Source: Candidatus Omnitrophota bacterium (GTDB taxonomy: Bacteria > Omnitrophota > Gorgyraeia > Gygaellales > Profunditerraquicolaceae). From it: 47,887 bases of DNA. Every line of letters begins with the position of its first letter. Position 1 is the stretch's first letter. Location: contig JBAZDY010000002.1 in the NCBI GenBank assembly GCA_041654215.1, positions 1 to 47,887 on the forward strand, written 5' to 3'. Below are positions 41,916 through 47,887 of this stretch, piece after piece. Position numbers and translations under genes: made by a program. The notes beneath the pieces are model-generated. The model was not told where the DNA came from. It was given only the letters and a program-made list of their open reading frames with translations, and searched no databases.

Positions 41916-44678
41916 TTAGTAAACTCTTTTCTTGAGAGAAGCCTCGCGGGAGAAACTGCATTTCTGGGCGGCGGCCGAAGGGCCGCGCACCTTCTTCATC
42001 AATTCCACGCACCATAACGGTAAGGAAGAAAGGGCTACCATAACGACCCAGTCCAAAAGATCAGGCGAAGAAACGCTGAAGATGTCGGAGAAGAACGGCA
42101 TGTATACCGCCGCCAGCAAAAGCAGGAAAGAAGCCAGCACCGCCGCCGCCAGCTTGGCGTTGGAGAATATACCGAGCGAAAAAACCGGGCGCTCCATGCT
42201 GCGGCAGTTGAAAGCATGAAAGAGCTGACTGCAGGAAAGCACGATGAAGGCGGCGGTCCGGGCCTCCATTAAATCCTGTTTGCGGACGAACAACTCGAAG
42301 ACAAAAGCGGCGAGGCTGCAAAAAGCTATAAGCGCTCCCTGAAAAAGCATCAGCTTAAGACGCCCGCCGTCGATTATCTTTTCCTGCGGATCGCGCGGAG
42401 GTCTTGACATAATGTCCCGCTCTACGGGCTCCACTCCCAGCGCCAGGGCCGGCAGGCTGTCCGTTACCAGGTTAACCCAAAGGATGTGTATCGGCAAAAG
42501 CGGCACCGGCAGGCCGAAGAGGGAAGCCGCGAACATAACCATAATCTCCCCCGTGTTGCAGGAAAGCAGATAATGTATGAACTTGCGGATGTTGCCGTAT
42601 ATGCCGCGCCCTTCTTCCACCGCGGCGACTATAGAAGAGAAATTGTCGTCGGTAACGACCATATCGGAGACCTCTTTGGTAACATCCGTGCCGGTAATTC
42701 CCATGGCTACCCCGATGTCGGCTTCCTTCACCGCCGGGGCGTCGTTGACTCCGTCTCCGGTCATGGCGACGATCTCGCCGCGGCCGCGCCAGGCCCGCAC
42801 AATCCTCAGTTTATGCTCTGGAGAAACCCTGGCATATACCGCGATATTCTCCACGCGGGCGGCGAACTCCTTTTCGGGAAGAAGGTCCAATTCTTCTCCG
42901 CTCAAAGCGCCGGAGCCGGAATCGAAAAATCCGAGGATGCGCGCCACCGCCGCGGCGGTATTCTTATGATCCCCGGTGATCATAACGGTGCGTATGCCGG
43001 CCCTTCTGCATCTGGACACAGCCTCCGCTGCCTCCGGGCGGGGAGGATCCATCATGGCGATCAGCCCGCAAAAAACAAGATAACGTTCTATGAAATCCGG
43101 GTTATAATCCTCCGGCCGGCCGTCTAAAGGGCGGTAGGCGACGGCCAGGATGCGCATCGCGCCGTCAGCCAGACTGTCGTTCAGTTCCAGTATCCGTTTT
43201 TTCTCTTCCGGAAAAAGCCTGCGCCTGGCCCCGTTCTCTTCAATCTCCGAGCAGTCCCCGAGAAGCACATCCGGGGCCCCCTTGACGAAAACGGTAAATC
43301 CGTCCCCCTGTCTGCGCACTATACTCATTTTTTTGCGTTTCGGGTCAAAAGGGATCTCTTCCACGAACGGGAACTCTTTTTCCAGCGCCGATTTATCGAT
43401 CCCCATTTTAGCCGCCGCGACCAATATCGCTCCCTCGGTAGGGTCCCCGACAACGCTGGTTCTGCCGGAAGAAAACACCAGCTCGGCGCCGTTGCAAAGA
43501 ACGCCGCACAGCAGCGCCTTTTTCAACTCCGGATAATCGAGAGGATTTATCTTACTGCCGCCCAAGAGAAAATCTCCCTCGGGGGAATACCCGCTGCCCT
43601 CCACAGAGAATACGCGGTCTGGAAAAGCTACGCGCTGCACGGTCATTTCATTTCTGGTCAAGGTCCCGGTTTTATCTGTGCAGATAACCGTGGCGCAGCC
43701 CAGCGTCTCCACCGAAGGAAGCTTCCTGATCAAAGCATTGCGTTTGACCATACGCTGCACACCGAGGGCCAAAGCCACCGTGACCACCGCCGGCAGTCCT
43801 TCCGGAATGGCCGCCACTGCGAGGCTGACCGCGGTAAGAAAAACATCCAGCATCCTTCCGCCGCGCAGCATTTCCATGACAAAAACGATACCCACCAGCG
43901 CGAAACAAACATATACTATCCACCTGCCGAACTCTTCCAGCTTGCGCTGCAGAGGCGTCTGTTCCGAGGCTCGCTGCTGTATCATGCCGGCTATCCTGCC
44001 GAGCTCGGTGCTCATCCCGGTGTTGACCACCAGCGCTCTGGCTTTGCCCGCCACCACGGATGTCCCCATGTATATCATATTTGCCCTGTCGGCCAGGCCG
44101 GCATCGGCCATATTCAAAGGAAGTTCGGTCTTGTTTACCGGTATCGACTCCCCTGTAAGACTGGCTTCCTGGACCGCGAAATTACGCGTAACCCAGCAGA
44201 CACGGCAGTCCGCCTGGAGATTGTCCCCCGCCTCTATTTCGATCAGGTCTCCCGGGACCAGATCGCGGGAAGGGATCATTCCGCGCACGCCGCTGCGTAT
44301 TATGCGGGATACCGGGCTGGACATTTTCTTCAACGCCGCCAGAGACTTCTCCGCGCGATACTCCTGCAGGAATCCGAGAAAAGCGTTCAGTACCACCACA
44401 GCCAGAATCGCCAGCGCGTCGCCCCACTCGTTCAAAAAACCGGATATGACCGCGGCCGCGATCAGCACCCAGATGATGAAACTCTTGAACTGGGCGATGA
44501 AAATCTCAAACGCCGAATCGTGCGCGGCCTCCTTCAATTCGTTGGGCCCGTATTCACGCAAACGGTCGCCGGCTGCCTGCAGGGAAAGCCCTTTATTCAG
44601 GTCCGTCCCGAGTTCCCTGGCCGCATCGACGGCGTCTTTCTGCCACCATTTAATCATAACGTCACGCTCAGTGGTCAC
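41916..44678 (-). CDS. P2-type cation-transporting ATPase (Ca2+-ATPase-like)
   Basis: 920 aa. Motifs TGES, PEGLPAVVT, ICTDKTGTLT, MITGDHKNTA and TGDGVNDAPAVKEADIG. The GTG start lacks a spaced SD; Met8 is an alternative. Confidence 0.9.
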   Translation of the reverse strand: MTTERDVMIKWWQKDAVDAARELGTDLNKGLSLQAAGDRLREYGPNELKEAAHDSAFEIFIAQFKSFIIWVLIAAAVISGFLNEWGDALAILAVVVLNAFLGFLQEYRAEKSLAALKKMSSPVSRIIRSGVRGMIPSRDLVPGDLIEIEAGDNLQADCRVCWVTRNFAVQEASLTGESIPVNKTELPLNMADAGLADRANMIYMGTSVVAGKARALVVNTGMSTELGRIAGMIQQRASEQTPLQRKLEEFGRWIVYVCFALVGIVFVMEMLRGGRMLDVFLTAVSLAVAAIPEGLPAVVTVALALGVQRMVKRNALIRKLPSVETLGCATVICTDKTGTLTRNEMTVQRVAFPDRVFSVEGSGYSPEGDFLLGGSKINPLDYPELKKALLCGVLCNGAELVFSSGRTSVVGDPTEGAILVAAAKMGIDKSALEKEFPFVEEIPFDPKRKKMSIVRRQGDGFTVFVKGAPDVLLGDCSEIEENGARRRLFPEEKKRILELNDSLADGAMRILAVAYRPLDGRPEDYNPDFIERYLVFCGLIAMMDPPRPEAAEAVSRCRRAGIRTVMITGDHKNTAAAVARILGFFDSGSGALSGEELDLLPEKEFAARVENIAVYARVSPEHKLRIVRAWRGRGEIVAMTGDGVNDAPAVKEADIGVAMGITGTDVTKEVSDMVVTDDNFSSIVAAVEEGRGIYGNIRKFIHYLLSCNTGEIMVMFAASLFGLPVPLLPIHILWVNLVTDSLPALALGVEPVERDIMSRPPRDPQEKIIDGGRLKLMLFQGALIAFCSLAAFVFELFVRKQDLMEARTAAFIVLSCSQLFHAFNCRSMERPVFSLGIFSNAKLAAAVLASFLLLLAAVYMPFFSDIFSVSSPDLLDWVVMVALSSLPLWCVELMKKVRGPSAAAQKCSFSREASLKKRVY

Positions 44679-44714
44679 TCCGCAGCCTTTCTGTTGTATA
44701 TACAGTTCACTACT

Positions 44715-44744
44715 GCGCTGTTAAATAAGTTCTTTAAACAGCGC
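44715..44744. promoter_or_regulatory. 30-nt near-perfect palindrome in the ATPase upstream region
   Basis: GCGCTGTTAAATAAGTTCTTTAAACAGCGC. It has an 8-bp perfect GC-rich outer stem plus A/T extension, and no adjacent U-run on either strand. Confidence 0.35.
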
Positions 44745-44843
44745 ATGGGATCCGCCAACGCTTCAGCGGCGGACAGTCAACTTTCGACTTTCGATTCTCA
44801 AATATTAAGAACTTGTTTTACAATGAACTTATGTAATAATCTA

Positions 44844-45866
44844 CTACCATCCTCCGGGAAATACCCCCGGGATATTCTCCCCGCAAAAACGGCATTTCCC
44901 GTTATCCATCCCGCAATTCCGGATATGGAATACTTCCCTTTTTATCAAAAGCTCCCGGCACTTATGACAATGCGTATCTGCGCCCCAGCCCGAGACGTTG
45001 CCGGCGTAAACATAAGGAAGGCCGGCCCGCTTGCCGGTCTCTACCGCCTCCCTCACAAGCGGCTCAGGGGTGGATGGAAATGCGCCGAATTTATAATCGG
45101 GGTGGAACCGCGAGATATGCCAGGGTATATTGCGGTCGAGAGAAGCGATAAACCCCGCCAGCCCTTCGAGCTCTTCCCTGGAGTCGTTCAAGCCCGGTAT
45201 CAACAGCGTGGTAAGTTCCACCCAGATGCCGAGCTTTTTCATAAGGCGCACCGATTCCAGGACCGGCCTCAGCGCCGCCCCGCAGTGTTCGCGGTATGCA
45301 TCATCCCTGAAAAATTTTATATCCACGTTGGCCGCGTCCAGCCAGGGAGCAACGGTCTCCAAAGCCCGGCGGCTCATATAACCGTTGGTAACGAAAACGT
45401 TTTTCAGCCCTTTCTCCCGCGCTGCTTTGCAGGTATCAAGAGCGTATTCCATAAATACCGTCGGTTCGGTATAAGTATATGAAACGCTGGCGCACCCGTT
45501 CTCCACCGCCGATTCCACTATTTTCTCCGGTGGGAATTCTTCCGCCGGCGGCGCTCCGTCATAAAAAGAAACGTCCTGTGATATCTGCCAGTTCTGGCAG
45601 AACCCGCACTTGAAATTGCACCCGGGAAAGGCAATAGACATGCTCAGGGAACCGGGAAGAAAATGATACAGCGGCTTTTTCTCCACCGGATCGGCGTTCC
45701 CGCAAACGGGATTACCGTAGGCGTGCGTCATCAATATGCCGTCCTTGTTGAAACGGACCCCGCAGATACCGCTGCCGCCGGGCAATATACGGCAGGAATG
45801 ACGGCAAAGCAGACAGCGCACCGTACCGCCGGACTGCTTCTCGTACAATATGGCTTCTTTTTCCAT
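44844..45866 (-). CDS. Radical SAM enzyme of the AmmeMemoRadiSam (AmrS-like) type
   Basis: 340 aa. N-terminal Cys-rich ribbon VRCLLCRHSCRILPGGSGICGVR, radical SAM CNFKCGFCQNW, C-terminal CHKCRELL...CRFCG. The family call is from remembered architecture. Confidence 0.75.
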   Translation of the reverse strand: MEKEAILYEKQSGGTVRCLLCRHSCRILPGGSGICGVRFNKDGILMTHAYGNPVCGNADPVEKKPLYHFLPGSLSMSIAFPGCNFKCGFCQNWQISQDVSFYDGAPPAEEFPPEKIVESAVENGCASVSYTYTEPTVFMEYALDTCKAAREKGLKNVFVTNGYMSRRALETVAPWLDAANVDIKFFRDDAYREHCGAALRPVLESVRLMKKLGIWVELTTLLIPGLNDSREELEGLAGFIASLDRNIPWHISRFHPDYKFGAFPSTPEPLVREAVETGKRAGLPYVYAGNVSGWGADTHCHKCRELLIKREVFHIRNCGMDNGKCRFCGENIPGVFPGGW

Positions 45867-45881
45867 GGCCAGCGGCGGACC

Positions 45882-46589
45882 TCAGCGTATCAATGCCACC
45901 TCGTCTATATACAACACTACCTCTATCTGCTCCGTCTTCAGGTCTACCGGCCGCTCCGTGACGATACCGAGGACCTCGAACTGATAGGACTTCATCCCGT
46001 TGTCTACCCTGCTCAAAGAGGTTTTGTCGTCGCCGGTACCCGTCCATTTCACGCTGTTCCAGTCGCGCTGATAGTCATAGCGTGTGGTCAATTCCTTGAA
46101 ATACACCCGCTCCTCAAGCCACTCCCCGGTATGCACGATCCTGGAGGCACGCAGTATCTCTCCATCCCCGTCTATGATATCGGTGGCGATCCTGACCATC
46201 ACAGGTCTCTGCTTCGTACCTTTGACGGGCTCGACAAATATTCTGTAAGATATCCCCGATATTTCATCCCAATCCAATCCTGCCGGCCGATTCTCCCACT
46301 CGCATCTTTTTCCGATAAGGCCCTGCCCGCAGGCCAGAAAATTATAACTTCCCGGGATAAGCTTCAGGCTCAATTTAAGAGACCTGCCGAAAGCAGAGGC
46401 GCTCCTGAAGGAACTTTCCACCGCGAGATTAAAATCGCGGCTGCCGTATTCCACTCTTTTTACCGCGTCCCCGGAATCGAACCTGCTTATCACTACCCGG
46501 CGCGGATTAGCCGGACGCAGAAGTATGCCGGCGATAACGACCGCCGCCGATACGATCAACAAAACAGCTGTTTTTCTCAATCTGGTCAT
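45882..46589 (-). CDS. Membrane-anchored/secreted beta-sandwich protein (CIA30/CBM-like), unknown function
   Basis: 235 aa. N-terminal anchor TAVLLIVSAAVVIAGILL. The C-terminal strand VVLYIDEVALI resembles the FYIDDIKF / FYLDEIKY ends of the repeats in gene 5561-6712. Confidence 0.55.
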   Translation of the reverse strand: MTRLRKTAVLLIVSAAVVIAGILLRPANPRRVVISRFDSGDAVKRVEYGSRDFNLAVESSFRSASAFGRSLKLSLKLIPGSYNFLACGQGLIGKRCEWENRPAGLDWDEISGISYRIFVEPVKGTKQRPVMVRIATDIIDGDGEILRASRIVHTGEWLEERVYFKELTTRYDYQRDWNSVKWTGTGDDKTSLSRVDNGMKSYQFEVLGIVTERPVDLKTEQIEVVLYIDEVALIR

Positions 46590-46632
46590 CTTCCCTCCTT
46601 GAAGTTTTTTATCCCGGCGGCGAAACGCAGAA

Positions 46633-47658
46633 TTATTTACCTATGCGGAATGCCTCCAGGGCCTTTTCGTCAGCCGGCAAACAATACGAAATTGTCTCCG
46701 CGCCTCCCGGCAGCACCCTGTGGGATATCTTTACTCCGCTGCCCGGAGCCGGACGGCAGTAATAAGCCAGAAGCGAACCCGACAATGCTATAAGGCCGGC
46801 ATCAAACTCCCCTCTGGCCAGGGCGACCGGGCCGGGCACATCTATGGTATAAAAAAGGACATCGCCCGGTCCGGCAAAGGATTCCAATAACCCGTTTTCT
46901 TCCTCATCTCTTCCCACTACGAGCTTTGCTTTTTCGGAAAGCCTGAAATGCCTGCCGAACTTGAGCAGTTCAAGTTCTCTCCTCTCCAGTCCTTCGTGGC
47001 AGCAAAGATCGCGCAGACGCCCGGAAAAAATCGGATCAGTAAGCAAGCATCCTCCGGCGGCGTTCACCGGTTCTTTTATCCCCACAAATTCCGCCAGGCG
47101 CAATTGCGCCTGCCTGGACCGCCCGCTTAGACTGAGCAATTTTGCGCGCTCCACCCACCCTTGTTTTTCAGGTATGGTCTCCGGCAGTATCCGGCCGGAA
47201 AGAGGCCTCAGGATCAAACCGGGAATCCCGCTTTCGCGGTCGGTGATCTCCAAAGCTTGTCTGCGCTGGGACATGCCGCGCTGCCCCACGACTTCCCCGG
47301 TAACTACAAAATCGGCTCCCGCCTGCCGCATGAACTCCGCGCCTTTCTTCAGCATCAGTATCCGACAGTCCAGACACGGATTCATATTGGAACCGAATCC
47401 GTATTCGGGAGACTTCAAGAGAGCGACGGCCTCCCCGGAAGCGTCGATCCCGGCAAGGGGCATTCCCGCCCATTCTTCCAGACGGGAAATCAGCCTGCTT
47501 TTTGCTCCCGTTCTATCGCGCTCGCGCGGCAGATAAGGCAGCAGGACCTTCAGAGGCAGGATTGTTATCCCCTGATCGATCATCAGTCTGGCGGCGAGTA
47601 TACTGTCCAGGCCGCCTGAAATAAGCGCTACGGCTTTTATCGGTTTTTTGCGGGACAT
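46633..47658 (-). CDS. ThiI-like PP-loop ATP pyrophosphatase without a THUMP domain (putative sulfurtransferase)
   Basis: 341 aa. PP-loop ALISGGLDS, NPCLDCR, TGEVVGQRGMSQRRQAL and ILRPLSG, paralleling ThiI TGESLGQVASQT / RPL. A ~120-aa C-terminal extension has no recognised domain. Confidence 0.65.
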   Translation of the reverse strand: MSRKKPIKAVALISGGLDSILAARLMIDQGITILPLKVLLPYLPRERDRTGAKSRLISRLEEWAGMPLAGIDASGEAVALLKSPEYGFGSNMNPCLDCRILMLKKGAEFMRQAGADFVVTGEVVGQRGMSQRRQALEITDRESGIPGLILRPLSGRILPETIPEKQGWVERAKLLSLSGRSRQAQLRLAEFVGIKEPVNAAGGCLLTDPIFSGRLRDLCCHEGLERRELELLKFGRHFRLSEKAKLVVGRDEEENGLLESFAGPGDVLFYTIDVPGPVALARGEFDAGLIALSGSLLAYYCRPAPGSGVKISHRVLPGGAETISYCLPADEKALEAFRIGK

Positions 47659-47739
47659 TTCTACGGCCCTCTTTGCGGAACGCGCACAAATAATACCCCA
47701 TTTTCTGAAATAATTTCGGTAACGGACCCGCCGAAACGG

Positions 47740-47887
47740 TTATTCCGTAAGGCAGACTGCAGGCAGGTTTTTCAAAGAACGCCTGATTTCGGCGGCGGGA
47801 TGGGAAAAATTTTTCAGCTCTCCGCCGAGAAACTTGTCATAAGACGCGAGGTCGAGGAAACCGTTCCCGCTGAAGTTGAAAAGGACG
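47740..47887 (-). CDS. C-terminal 48 codons of a TrpB-like (TrpB2-type) PLP enzyme; gene continues beyond the right window edge
   Basis: The reverse complement in frame reads VLFNFSGNGFLDLASYDKFLGGELKNFSHPAAEIRRSLKNLPAVCLTE*. The F/LN.SG.G..D...Y string resembles the C-terminus of tryptophan-synthase-beta-like proteins. This is weak evidence from a short fragment. Confidence 0.4.
   Translation of the reverse strand, partial: VLFNFSGNGFLDLASYDKFLGGELKNFSHPAAEIRRSLKNLPAVCLTE

Noticed and set aside
44697-44724. A sigma70 promoter TTAACA-16-TATATA for the ATPase.
   Set aside because: The hexamers are mediocre. The -35 box is simply the 3' arm of the palindrome, and the site would lie inside the candidate upstream ORF. 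It is not supportable as a separate feature.
44679-44843. A metal riboswitch (yybP-ykoY/Mn, M-box/Mg) upstream of the P-type ATPase. SAM or other riboswitches upstream of the cysK/COG1900 genes were also considered.
   Set aside because: I could not find the conserved cores I remember for these classes, such as GGGGAGTAG for yybP-ykoY. The sulfur genes have almost no untranslated spacers (8-20 nt). Only a covariance-model scan could settle this.
1-47887. An anti-phage defence system, a toxin-antitoxin pair, a prophage or a biosynthetic (RiPP/NRPS/PKS) cluster.
   Set aside because: No nuclease, helicase, methyltransferase, reverse transcriptase, TIR/STING-like, capsid, terminase or integrase genes, and no thiotemplate or precursor-peptide signatures, were recognisable in any frame. 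The single radical SAM enzyme is of a non-RiPP architecture and has no adjacent small peptide gene.

Overview
The window is a 47.9 kb chromosomal-looking segment with about 50 protein genes and one tRNA. No transposase, integrase, phage or CRISPR signal is visible. All genes except two lie on the minus strand, and many are joined by ATGA/TAATG overlaps. The gene content (Rnf complex, flavodiiron protein, superoxide reductase, rubredoxin, COG1900-type homocysteine synthesis) points to an anaerobic, probably uncultivated bacterium.

Blocks, left to right:
1. 1-13.4 kb: a glycan-utilisation locus. It holds LacI and ROK regulators, a coiled-coil membrane protein, two secreted paralogous clan GH-A-like hydrolases (one fused to TPR repeats), a secreted tandem CBM-like protein, a secreted TPR/beta-sandwich protein, a CUT1-type ABC importer without an ATPase gene, and two stand-alone PilZ proteins.
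2. 13.7-16.2 kb: the only plus-strand unit, an FtsH-like AAA/M41 protease translationally coupled to an unknown lipoprotein.
3. 16.2-22.8 kb: purN, rnfCDGEAB and an MFS transporter.
4. 22.9 kb: tRNA-Thr(CGU).
5. 23.1-29.9 kb: housekeeping genes (YqeY, PfkB kinase, uppP, RluA-family synthase, nadA, mnmA, a hypothetical gene, birA).
6. 30.1-33.4 kb: an Rrf2-headed sulfur operon (cysK, nifU-like, COG1900 homocysteine synthesis protein, NIL-ferredoxin).
7. 33.5-40.0 kb: an O2/ROS detoxification cluster. It holds a TrxR-like protein, a Grx-like protein, a PNPOx-like protein, an unannotated 52-aa rubredoxin, a flavodiiron protein, a TPR lipoprotein, a superoxide reductase, an FNR-like reductase and ldh.
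8. 40.0-47.9 kb: sufBD/sufC, a P2-type cation ATPase, an AmmeMemoRadiSam-type radical SAM enzyme, a CBM/CIA30-like protein, a THUMP-less ThiI-like PP-loop ATPase and a TrpB-like fragment.

The least explained signal is an oriented family of intergenic repeats. It has a conserved module CCGCAGRAATCCCCGG plus a CCGG hairpin, with an optional second module TTTATCTWAGGRTTACCCCGGG. Copies always sit just 3' of a minus-strand stop codon, and two full ~100-nt copies bracket one gene.

Everything here is manual reading of the sequence and recall of motifs. No database search was possible.
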